DNA of 63,401 bases, filler included, from Pirum gemmata (Eukaryota): NCBI GenBank assembly GCA_002812295.1. It is 17 parts of 17 records of this genome, joined end to end, with 100 filler letters (N's around TTAATTAATTAA, not from the genome) between each part and the next. Parts side by side here need not be neighbours in the genome. Positions count along the whole stretch, not along the records: positions 46,359 to 49,672 come from PDIN01002830.1; positions 49,773 to 53,110 come from PDIN01002831.1; positions 53,211 to 56,525 come from PDIN01002832.1; positions 56,626 to 59,964 come from PDIN01002833.1; positions 60,065 to 63,401 come from PDIN01002834.1; 12 more parts are not named here. One strand, given 5' to 3'. Below the pieces are notes generated by a model, which worked only from the letters and a program-made list of their open reading frames with translations, ran no database searches and was not told the origin of the DNA. The position numbers were made by a program, and so were the translations under genes. Of this stretch, positions 48,662 to 60,164 are shown one piece after another. Within the stretch, counting starts at the first letter, position 1, and the number at the start of each line of letters is the position of its first letter.

Positions 48662-50475
48662 TTACTTTAGACTTCTTGAATATTGTCAAAATAATATGCT
48701 GAGTTGTAAAAATAACAAATATAAAATTTATGTATTTTGTACTTTCAAAAAAAAAAAAAAAAAAACAAAATATAAATTTTTGTTTTTTTTACTTTTTTTT
48801 TTAGAGACAAGCCGGATAAAACTGTAGAAATCATTTTTTTAAGACTTCTTTTCTAAAAACCTTTAATGCTAACTAACCAAATTATTTTTAAAAAATAGCA
48901 ATTGGTTCATAATAGAGCTTTCTTAGTTAGACGATTTCTCAAAAAATTTGGTAGTACTTTTATTAAAATTGGATCATTTTGAGATTTTTTAGATTTTTGA
49001 GCTCATCTAGTGGATGTCTCCATTTTATCCGGTTTGGTAGTTTAAAAAAAACCAAAATATTACATATTTTCAACTGCAAAGATAGTGAAAAATCGACAAT
49101 ACCATTAAAGAGCGGATTTTTTTTTCTTTAATACTAGGACAAAAAATAATGATATTTAAACAAAATTGACATATGATGATGTTTAATATACATATATAAC
49201 ATATGTATTGAAATTTTTTTATTTTGTACTTACAATCAATCAAATGCTTAATTGAATAAGTTAATTAGTGAAAATTTAAAATAATGCCCCAAGGCATTAA
49301 TTGTGCCCGAATAGATTACCTGCTTAGGCATAAGGTTTTGGTAAAAGTGACTTAGAAAATAATGCTAGATAAACCCAGTCTAAACCCAGTGCTAACTGAA
49401 AAAATCTCAAATCGAAAGTGAGGACTGGGTAAGCCTCTCCCAATTCTGCTTGAGCCCGAAAAGTCAAATTTCTGCTGTCGAAAAAAAAGTCGAAATTCAG
49501 CCCTGTTCGAAAATTATTTTTTCCATTTTTTCGGGTTTATAAATAAATAAATTAACAAATTTCATAGAAAAAACTTGAAATTCGAAAAAAAAAGAATATT
49601 ATTTCAAAATTGTCACTATTTAATAATTAGGATCGAGCTGTTTGATTCGATAATGTTTTCCCGTATCTCCTTNNNNNNNNNNNNNNNNNNNNNNNNNNNN
49701 NNNNNNNNNNNNNNNNTTAATTAATTAANNNNNNNNNNNNNNNNNNNNNNNNNNNNNNNNNNNNNNNNNNNNAAATAAATTATTATTATTACTATTATTA
49801 TTACTATTATTATTACTAATAGTAATAATAATAGTAATAATAATAGTAATAATAATAATAATAAATAAATAAATTATTATTATTACTATTATTATTACTA
49901 TTATTATTACTATTAGTATTAGTATTGTTATTATTATTGACATTTAAGGATAAGTAAAAAATAGTTTTCTAGTTTATGAAAAATTGTTTATCAAAATATT
50001 TTTTTAATATATTCTCTATGCATATAGAGAAAATAGCAGTACATGTTAGGAATGGGATGGAGCTTGGTCTTGCTGATGATTTGGTTTTTAAGAAGTCCAA
50101 TTCTAAACAAAAAAATGGAAGCGTTGGTTTGTTGACAAATAATATTATAACCAGGAAAACTTACTACAGCCACGCTTTAATACTAGCGTTGATCCCTTTT
50201 TCTAAACCTAATTTAGAATATTATTAAAGGTTCGAAAAATAGTATACCATCAAATATATAATGATCGTGTTGTTGATGACAATAAATTCTCATATGATTA
50301 AATTAAACGTTAACAAATTGTACTTCAATTAATTGTTTTTTTTTATTATATATCCAATTACCTGGGTACAATAATAATACATTTATTTTTTATTATTAGT
50401 TATTTTTATTATTATTGTTAATTTTAATAATAATAATAATAATAATATAGGTATGGATATAATTGATTTCAATAA

Positions 50476-52821
50476 TTAACTGCTAACTTTTTCATTACCA
50501 AATATCAATTGACTTCCAGGGCTTACCATTTTACTTAATCTTCTGATCTCTTTAAAGCCTAAGGACACAGAGCGTAAGCGTCTCTTATGAATACTCAAAA
50601 TATTCGAATACAAATTGGCACTAACCATACCATACTTAGTAATCCAAGCTGCTCTGACCTCAGGTGAAAATTCAGAATCCAACGCCTCTCCAATTGTTTG
50701 TATCAATGCCACCCCAAACGAAATAAACATATTTTTCGGCAACACACCAAGATCAATATGACTTCGGGCGATATCACTTATTTGTCCATGGTCAATTTCA
50801 TCACCATCTTTTCTTACCACAGCACTTAGTAGCCCTGCAAAAGCTCTGGATTGCACCAAAGAATTGCTTAAGTGTGCTTTGCTATCGGGCGCGATGGCAA
50901 ACAATTTTTCCACAAAGGTGTTCATCATTTTGGTGTATATAAATGGATCTACTTTTTGCTGTTTTTTAACAGAAACCCACGCGCTGTAGATGGTCCTATT
51001 TGTTTTTTGTGAAGTTAATTTGCTTAAATTGTTTAAATAATAATCCATGCTCTCTGTAATCTCAATTGTACAATCGTGAGTTGGTGTGGAAAGGTCAGTC
51101 AGCTCAGAACAAGATATACTACGCTTCCTGTTTTTTAGCATCATTTTTTCACTTGCTAAATCATTATCCTCCTGTTCCCCACTAGTATTGGAAATTAGTG
51201 ATACTTGTGACGGCGTATTATCGAAAGATGAATGTGTGCGTGATTTTCTATGAGGTGACAATGGTGACAATGGGGAGTGGGCAGTAGTAAAGTTATCACA
51301 ACTGTTAGTTAAGTTATTAAGCTGAGCATTTTTTTGTTTTGGTAACGTATTGATTTGAACGTTAAAATTATTTTTTCGTGCTCTTCCTCTACCAGCTTCT
51401 GAATTGACCGAGATTAAAGAACTTCTAGATTTTACATTAGCACTACTTAACATAAACCGTTGCTGAACCAGCGTTTTCATACTCACGTCGTCAATAGCTT
51501 CATTAACATATTCTACATTACTTTTAGATCTGCGCTTTAGTCCTCTCGGTGTGTTCTTGGGATTTTGTTCCTCGGTTGTGTTGCTAGTTTCAGTTCCCTT
51601 GTCAAGAATACTTTCACTAACATTTTTGTGCGCTTTATTAAACGTTTTGTCAAACACATTATCTAGTGAGCTTTCAGAAAACCAATCCTCATTTAAAATA
51701 CTATCTTCACTTTTGCTTTTGCATAAAGAATTTCTGTTAATATCATTGTTGTTGTTGTTCTCTAAAACATCATCATAATCGATATTATTAACGCTTGTGC
51801 GATTGCTAATATTATTACTGTTGTGGTTATTATTATTATTATTATTATTATTTTCGGGTATAACTAAGGAAATTCTTCGTGCTGATGCTGAAGAGCTTCT
51901 TCTACTACTTTTATTGGTAACAACTGCTGCTTCTAAATTCAACACGTTGTTAACTTCCCTGTTGTCGTTTTTATTTTGCTGTTTTAGTGGTGTAATGTTT
52001 GCTAAAAACATGGCAGATTCAATAGATGAGCGACGAACATGTGACATTTTTCTCATTCTTTCTACCTCTTCACTGCTACTCTCTTCATCTTCAGTGTTTC
52101 CATAATCATTATCATTACTTTTGTTATAGTTTTCCTTCATTTCCTTATTTAAACTTTCTAATAACAACCCATTGTTATTTATATTATTGTTATCGTTACC
52201 ATTAATATCTCCATTTGTTTTACTGACCCTATGAGCCTTCAGAGCGGATTCTAACTCAGTACTATGGTTACTATTATTTATGTTATCGTCATTATAATCG
52301 TTTTTAGTCAAGTCACTCTTTTGGCTATCGTGAGATATCTGGTTAAATATTAACGTTTCGCTTAATGCTTTTCGTAAACTTAACTTACAATTTTTTATTG
52401 CAAAGATATTAGTTTCACCACCCTCAGGATTTTCGTTATTTATCAGCATAGAATGGGTACGCGAATAAGTGCGAGAATTATTTCGAGAAGGTGATTGTGA
52501 ATTAGGTGTGCTATAATCGTTAAATTTTACTCTGGAGTCACGTATACTATTCCTTCCAGTGCTATTGCCCGAAGAATTATCATCATGAATGCTGAACCGT
52601 TGTAGAGAAGGTACTGAAGCTGATTTAGAAAAACTTTTAGCAATACCACCGTTAAAGTCCCCAAGATCATAATCAGTTACGTGGGGTCTCTCTAGCTCAT
52701 TTCTAATTTTTTCGTCTTTCGACTTTTGACGTTGATTTTTTATGTGTAGTTCTTGCGTACACTTTTCTACCTCCTTTTTAGACTTCCTGTAAGCCTTTTC
52801 CCCCTTTCTTTGTCTAAACAT
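50476..52821 (-). CDS. Long Ser/Asn-rich disordered protein with a C-terminal globin domain
   Basis: ~50590-51000 encodes IYSAW (A helix), FVEKLFAIAP (B/C), Q at E7, IARSHIDLGV (proximal His F8), FGVALIQTIGEAL and FSPEVRAAW..Y (G/H). First ATG at 52821; an upstream exon is possible (tgttgtag). Confidence 0.85.
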   Translation of the reverse strand: MFRQRKGEKAYRKSKKEVEKCTQELHIKNQRQKSKDEKIRNELERPHVTDYDLGDFNGGIAKSFSKSASVPSLQRFSIHDDNSSGNSTGRNSIRDSRVKFNDYSTPNSQSPSRNNSRTYSRTHSMLINNENPEGGETNIFAIKNCKLSLRKALSETLIFNQISHDSQKSDLTKNDYNDDNINNSNHSTELESALKAHRVSKTNGDINGNDNNNINNNGLLLESLNKEMKENYNKSNDNDYGNTEDEESSSEEVERMRKMSHVRRSSIESAMFLANITPLKQQNKNDNREVNNVLNLEAAVVTNKSSRRSSSASARRISLVIPENNNNNNNNNHNSNNISNRTSVNNIDYDDVLENNNNNDINRNSLCKSKSEDSILNEDWFSESSLDNVFDKTFNKAHKNVSESILDKGTETSNTTEEQNPKNTPRGLKRRSKSNVEYVNEAIDDVSMKTLVQQRFMLSSANVKSRSSLISVNSEAGRGRARKNNFNVQINTLPKQKNAQLNNLTNSCDNFTTAHSPLSPLSPHRKSRTHSSFDNTPSQVSLISNTSGEQEDNDLASEKMMLKNRKRSISCSELTDLSTPTHDCTIEITESMDYYLNNLSKLTSQKTNRTIYSAWVSVKKQQKVDPFIYTKMMNTFVEKLFAIAPDSKAHLSNSLVQSRAFAGLLSAVVRKDGDEIDHGQISDIARSHIDLGVLPKNMFISFGVALIQTIGEALDSEFSPEVRAAWITKYGMVSANLYSNILSIHKRRLRSVSLGFKEIRRLSKMVSPGSQLIFGNEKVSS

Positions 52822-53031
52822 ACTACAACACAATAATTGTTAAATTAATTTTTGTTAAACTTTCCCTATATAGTTTTAAATGATGTTGTATTGGAAAAAA
52901 AATTGAATGCTAATTCATATTAGATGCACTTTTTAAAATTCAAAGAGCAATGTGCACACAAGTAATTATTTAATACACAAAAACTGAATTGAAATAACAA
53001 ACACTCGGAATGAAATCAAACTAATTTAATG

Positions 53032-53073
<42 letters not shown>

Positions 53074-53220
53074 TTCTTCTGTTAATCATATCCTAAAGAA
53101 TTTGAATTAANNNNNNNNNNNNNNNNNNNNNNNNNNNNNNNNNNNNNNNNNNNNTTAATTAATTAANNNNNNNNNNNNNNNNNNNNNNNNNNNNNNNNNN
53201 NNNNNNNNNNCACCACCACC

Positions 53221-53252
<32 letters not shown>

Positions 53253-54349
53253 CACCGGCATCAACACCAACACCAACATCAACACCGACTATAATAATGA
53301 CAACTATAACGACAATAACAATAACAGCAACGTCAACAACAACAACATGCTTAGTTGCAATTAAAAATTTAATAATGATTATTATAATATACAAAAATGA
53401 ATACCGTTTTAGATCACAATACGAAGGGAAAATCATAACTGTTACTCTTTAGTAAGGAAATTCTTTTTATTATTATTATTATTTCATTTATTTATTTTAT
53501 TTTATTTTTTTCAAAATTTAATATGGGAAAAACGAATGATAATAATGATAATAATAATAATAATAATAATAAGAGGAAATTATAAAATCAAAAGAACCAC
53601 GTGACAAAAAATCAACGGTCAAAGACGAAGGTTACCCTGGCGAAGATGATCTTGAAAAATGCAATTACTTTTCTATTAGTTTTTGAGAGAGGTGTAAAAA
53701 AGCAATTTATACATGACTTCATGGGACTGTATAATATTATATATAATATATATTCCACATTTTGTAGACAAATTTGTTATTTTTTTAAAATTTAAAAATA
53801 ACTTGTGGTTGGATAGTTGATTTACATTATTTTGTAAACAAGTACTTCTATATTTTATAGTTTAAAATTATTATACTTGTAATAGTAAATAGTTTAATTT
53901 TTTGTTATTTTTTTAAATTTTTTTAAAAAACAACTTGTGGTTGGTTAGTTTATTTACATTATTTTGTAGACAAGTACTTCTATTAGTATTATACTTTTAT
54001 ATATAGTTATATTAGTGTTATAGTTTTTGTTTTAAAACAAAATGTGGAACAAACAGTGTAATTCGTTTTTTAAAAACATAATTTACGTGAGATTTTGTAG
54101 ATATCGTAGCTCGTAGTTATATAATTTATATATATATAATTTATAATTTTTGAATTTATTGAAATAATAGCAACTTCCGATTCGACAAATTTTAATGTTA
54201 AAATGTTTTGACAAAGTTTGATCAGCTTCAGCCTAAATTAAGTTTTGTAATTTAAATTTGGTATTTTTTTTAAAAAAAAAATTTTTTATAAAAATAACTT
54301 GTGGCTATGGTAATTGGATATAGTGTTTTATATATAGTTATAGTTTTGA

Positions 54350-55142
54350 TAAAAAGACGAAAATTTTCGAAAATGATAATCAAACGCATTTTACAACAAT
54401 AGTATCAGCTATCTATATTTCGAATTCTAATATCGAAAATGATAAACAACCTATTTCGAGTCAAAAAGATCGAAAATGATAATCAACCTATTAGAATTTT
54501 ACATTCCTAATATAATTACAATCCTTCCTTATATAGTAAATAACACATTCCGAATATCGTAGATAAGAATTTCGAACCCGTTTCGAGTCTAAGATTGAAT
54601 ATAATAAACAACCTATTTCGATTCTAAGATCGAAAATGATAAACCTATTTCGAGACTCGTGTCTAAGATCGAAAATGATAATTAAACAAACTGATAGAAA
54701 TATTTACATTTACAATCTTTCCTTATATAGTAAATAACACATTCCGAATATCGTAGATAAGAATACTATAAGAATTTTGAACCCATTTCGAGTCTAAGAT
54801 CGAATATAATAAACAACCTATTTCGATTCTAAGATCGAAAATGATAAACCTATTTCGCGACCCGTGTCTAAGATCGAAAATGAAAATCAAACCAACTGAT
54901 AGAAATTTTTACATTTTTTCCCCCACTCTACTTATATAATAGAAAAGAATTTTATATTCCTTCGTTATATGTTTTACAATAGTATCAATCTTATTTCGAG
55001 TCTAAGATTGAAATGATACCCAACCTATTTCGAGTCTAAGATTGACAATGATAAACAACCAACAACCTATTTCGAGTCTAATATCGAAATAATAATCAGC
55101 CTATTAGAATTTTACATTCCTAATATATTTTCATTCCTTCTT

Positions 55143-55197
<55 letters not shown>

Positions 55198-56450
55198 AGT
55201 AAATAGCAATTTTCATTCCTAATAATAAAATAATAAACTACCTATTTCGGGTTTAAGATCGAAATGATAATCAAACAAACTGATAGAAATTTTTACTTTT
55301 TTTCTCCATTCAATTTACTTAAATAATAGAATTTTTTTGTATATTCTGTCGTTATGTTTTACAATAGTATCAACCTTATTTCGAGAATTCCTAATATATT
55401 TACATTCCTTCTTTAAATAGTAAATAGCAATTTTNAATAATAAAATAATAAACTACCTATTTCGAGTTTAACATCGAAATGATAATCAAACAAACTGATA
55501 GAAATTTTTACTTTTTTTCTCCATTCAATTTACTTAAATAATAGAATTTTTTTATATATTCTGTCGTTATGTTTTACAATAGTATCAACCTTATTTCGAG
55601 AATTCCTAATATATTTACATTCCTTCTTTATATAGTAAATAGCAATTTTCATTCCTAATAATAAAATAATAAACTACCTATTTCGAGTTTAACATCGAAA
55701 TGATAATCAAACAAACTGATAGAAATTTTTACTTTTTTTCTCCATTCAATTTACTTAAATGATAGAATTTTTTTGTATATTCTGTCGTTATGTTTTACAA
55801 TAGTATCAACCTTATTTCGAGAATTCCTAATATATTTACATTCCTTCTTTAAATAGTAAATAGCAATTTTCATTCCTAATAATAAAATAATAAACTACCT
55901 ATTTCGAGTTTAACATCGAAATGATAAACAACCTATTTCGATTCTAAGATCAAAAATGATAAACAACCTATTTCGAGTGATCGAAAATGATAATCAAACA
56001 AACTATCAGGGTGAATATTTATTTGGTTGGTTATAATATAAATCCATTTAATTTAATTTGTTATATCCATTTAATTTAATTTGTTATATTTTATTATCTA
56101 TTTGTTCATTTAAAAATTAATTTAGTACTATTTATTGTATATTTTATGATGACAAAACAATTGAAAAGCACTATATAAAATAGAAAAGAATTTTATATTA
56201 TACTCCTTCGTTATATGTTTTACAAAAGTATCAACCTTATTTCGAGTCTAAAATTGAAATGATAAACAACCCATTTCGAGTTTAAGATCGAAAATGATAA
56301 ACACCTTATTTCGAGTCTAAGATCGAAATGATAATCAAACTATAATCAACCTATTAAGGAATTTTACATTACTAATATATTTACATTCCTTCCTTATATA
56401 ATAAATAATAATTTTATTCCTAATAAAGCAGATAAAAATTTTGAAACAAA
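54350..56450. repeat. Complex satellite built on aacctatttcgagtctaagatcgaaaatgataa, with ~221-bp higher-order units (55197-55920)
   Basis: The core recurs many times; higher-order units start at ~55197, 55418, 55633 and 55854. Confidence 0.88.
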
Positions 56451-56693
56451 AAAATATCATGAACAGTTCTATAACATGTTTATACGTGTAGCGTAGTAGA
56501 ACAATGATAATAATAATAATAATAANNNNNNNNNNNNNNNNNNNNNNNNNNNNNNNNNNNNNNNNNNNNTTAATTAATTAANNNNNNNNNNNNNNNNNNN
56601 NNNNNNNNNNNNNNNNNNNNNNNNNTAATAATAATAATAATCAAAAGCAAAAACAAAAAAAACAAAAAACAAAAAAACAATAAACCAAATTAC

Positions 56694-56981
56694 CTCAAAA
56701 GATGGTAACATATTTTCCCTTGTTAAAGGAGTAGTGTTAGCAATATTAGTACGTGATGAAGAAAAAAACTTTAAAATTCTAGCTATAACATCTGTAGTGA
56801 GATCAAACTCAAGATCCATTTTTTCATTATTTATCACAGTATGGATTTCAGCTAAAAGCATTTCCCAGTTTAATCTTTTTTTCTCTAAAGTAAAAGACAA
56901 AGTAGCCAAGGTTTTACGAACAGACGGTTTTACATCAACTGTAAAATGTAACTGTTCAGGAAGAGTTGGTGCTGCCTGCAT
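56694..56981 (-). CDS. Putative 96-codon exon of an unknown protein
   Basis: MQAAPTLPEQ...ENMLPSFE ends at donor gtaatt; normal amino-acid composition; rest of the gene is off-scaffold. Confidence 0.6.
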
Positions 56982-57104
56982 TTATTATTATCATAAACAT
57001 AAAGTATATTTACAAAAAATGATTATATTATAAATAGTATGGGTATATTTCTATAAAGAAATTGTATTTTAAAAAAAATACGATTTCCTGAGAAGTAGTT
57101 ACAA

Positions 57105-57440
57105 TCTTATCTGATTACAATTGTTGCTTTTTTTTCACCATTGTTTGCATTAGTGGGTATTTTGATTATATTGAAGGGTTGTTTTACCAAAGTTTCAAAG
57201 AAGTATCATAAGGTACACTTTATGATTAGTAGTTGAGTTGTATGTTTTATACATTGGTATTTATTTTAAGCCAAAAATGATTGAGTTGTAATCTTCAGTT
57301 AGTGGGATTGTTGAGTTGGGATTATTATTGTGTTGCGATTCAATTATAGGTCCTTGTTGACATACAATATTATAGATAATCATTGTCTATGGTTAAATAT
57401 TTAATGTTTATCTTCGAGTGGGAAGAGTTTGTGAAAGTAA
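57105..57440 (-). pseudogene. Possible decayed LINE RT N-terminal relic
   Basis: Broken frames give ..LVKQPFN.. and QW*KKATIVI, like the WKxAxIvxIxK motif; LINE-like A/C bias; abuts the TTAGGG array. Confidence 0.3.
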
Positions 57441-57442
57441 TA

Positions 57443-58185
57443 GAGTTAGGGTTAGGGTTAGGGTTGGGGTTAGGGTTAGGGTTAGGGTTAGGGTTGGGGT
57501 TGGGGTTGGGGTTAGGGTTAGGGTTAAGGTTGGGGTTAGGGTTTGGGTTAGAGTTAGGGTTAGAGTTAAGTTTAGGGTTAGGGTTAGGGCTAAGGCTAGG
57601 GCTAGGGCTAGAGTTTAGGTTCGAGTAATTAGGGTTAGGGTTAGGGTTAGGTTAAGTTTAGGTTCGAGTTAGGTTTAAGGTTAGGGCTATAGCAACTGCT
57701 AGGGTTAATTAAGGCTTACCTTAGAGGTTGGGGTTGGGGTTATGGTTATAGTAAATTATTTTGAACTAAAAATCACATTAATAAGGAAAATTTTAATATT
57801 ATTTTAAACAATATAATAACAACTATAACTATCATAACCATAACCATAACCGTTAAAACCCGTTAACCACAATTATAACCATAACCATAAACATGACCAT
57901 AACCATAACCATAACCATAACCATAACCATAATAATAATCATAATCATAATCATAACCGCGCACGGTATACTATAATATAACCATAATCATAACCATAAT
58001 CATAACCATAACCATATAACCATATGCATAATCATAACCATAACCATAACCATATATGCGTAACCATAATCATAATCATAATCATAACCATAACCCACTC
58101 CTCCACCACCACCACCGCAACAACAACATAACTCTACCTAACTCCAATAAACCTAACCGCCTTAATAACCCTAACCCTAACCTCA
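57443..58185. repeat. (TTAGGG)n variants 57443-57750 opposed by a (CATAAC)n/CCCTAA tract 57835-58185
   Basis: Read directly from the sequence. Confidence 0.85.
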
Positions 58186-58360
58186 ATCATAACGATATCG
58201 ATGTATGGTGTTCCAATAACTTTGCACAAGCAGATGGGCAAATTAATTCTTACTGGGCGACGCATGTACAGAAACGGTTTAGCACACAAACAAATTGAGA
58301 ATATTGCATTAGCACACAAACAAATTGAGAATATTGCATTAGAATATCTCCAAACTGTTA

Positions 58361-58897
58361 GGGAACATTCATAAAGGACTTCACTTATTCTTTGACAGAA
58401 GTCCTTGCTCGAAAAGTGTGACTTAAACTGTACATGTTTTAGGCAATAATTAATTATTATTAATTTAAAATGAACTTTAAAATTATGACCAAAAGTGTTT
58501 TGGGCAAAAAGGCATAGGTAAGATAAGGTGACGTCCTTTATAATTTAAAATGAACTTTAAAATTATGACCAAAAGTGTTTTGGGCAAAAAGGCATAGGTA
58601 AGATAAGGTGACGTCCTTTATGATTTAAAATGAACTTTAAAATTATGACCAAAAGTGTTTTGGGCAAAAAGGCATAGGTAAGATAAGGTGACGTCCTTTA
58701 TGATTTAAAATGAACTTTAAAATTATGACCAAAAGTGTTTTGGGCAAAAAGGCATAGGTAAGATAANAATTATGACCAAAAGTGTTTTGGGCAAAAAGGC
58801 ATAGGTAAGATAAGGTGACGTCCTTTATAATTTAAAATGAACTTTAAAATTATGACCAAAAGTGTTTTGAGCAAAAAGGCATAGGAAAGATAAGGTC
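58361..58897. repeat. MITE D copy whose distal 80 bp is tandemly amplified (~5.5 units from 58461)
   Basis: Units start at 58461, 58541, 58621, 58701 and ~58828; the unit is homologous to the reverse complement of 48452-48530. Confidence 0.88.
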
Positions 58898-59561
58898 AGC
58901 GAGCCTTGGTCCAAAGAATATGGACTCGGATTATGGAGGGTGTCTGTATAAAAAAGTTTGGGCGAGTGAACAGATGGGATAAATTCCCCTCCTCCTCCTC
59001 CTTCTCAAAAAAAAAAAAGATGACATAGACTAGACTAGACAGACTCTAGACAGTTACTAGACTACATACAAAAACTTACAAAAACTTTCAAAAACTTATC
59101 ACCTAAATTTGGTGTTTTATTTGCTTAGTCATTTTGTTGTTTATTAGATTTTATTAATATTATAATATTTATAATATATATAAATTTTAAAGTATGTTTT
59201 TTTGTTATTATTAATATATATATTATTAATAGTTTTATTTGCTTAGTCATTTTGTTCTTTAGACTATTAGATTTTATTATAATAATACATATACATAAAG
59301 TATGTTTTTTTGTTATTATAATATTATTAGTAGTTATGATAACTATAGTTATAATATTATATCGAATTTTGTAATGGTTTTGTCAAGTTCAAAAATAAAA
59401 CAAACGTATTAATACCTAATTATTATTATAGTTAAAATTATCAGACAAGTTTTAAAATTAATTAATTCAAAATTATATACTTAAAACACAAAGCCAAATT
59501 TTAAAGATTGAAAGGGGTTATTAATATTATTATTAAAATGTTATGTTTTTACTTTTCCTTT

Positions 59562-59597
<36 letters not shown>

Positions 59598-60164
59598 TTA
59601 TCCGACTTGGTTTATAATATTATTAGTAGTTATGATAGCTTATCAAAAATTCTATTTAACAAAAATAATTGTTGTTTTAATTAATAACCATTCCAATATT
59701 ATATACCTTTACTAATTAATTATTTAATTATAAAAAAATATATATTTTTCATTTTTCAAACATAAAAATTTCAAATAATCCGAAAAGGAATTTAGTTTTT
59801 TAAGTGTGAATACATTTTTAAATATATTAGTAATACAGATTTATATAATTTATTTTTATATTTAAATATATTTTAATGTTTTGTATTTTATATAAATAAG
59901 TTTAAAATTATACACTTTTAACACAAAGCCAAATAAAAGATTGAAAGGATTATATAATGTTATTNNNNNNNNNNNNNNNNNNNNNNNNNNNNNNNNNNNN
60001 NNNNNNNNTTAATTAATTAANNNNNNNNNNNNNNNNNNNNNNNNNNNNNNNNNNNNNNNNNNNNAAAAAAAAAAAAGAGAGAGAAACATGTAGTTATTAT
60101 ATATAATGATGTATAATATATAATATATAAATATGGTACATTATGTGAGAAATAATTAGAGTAT

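Noticed and set aside
54350..56450. CRISPR-like array of ~35-bp partly palindromic repeats
   Set aside because: Intervening sequences are themselves repeated, spacing is irregular, no cas genes, eukaryotic context.
58195..58290. Short unique island reading MYGVPITLH (integrase-like) or DVWCSNNF
   Set aside because: Too short, no splice signals or further motifs.
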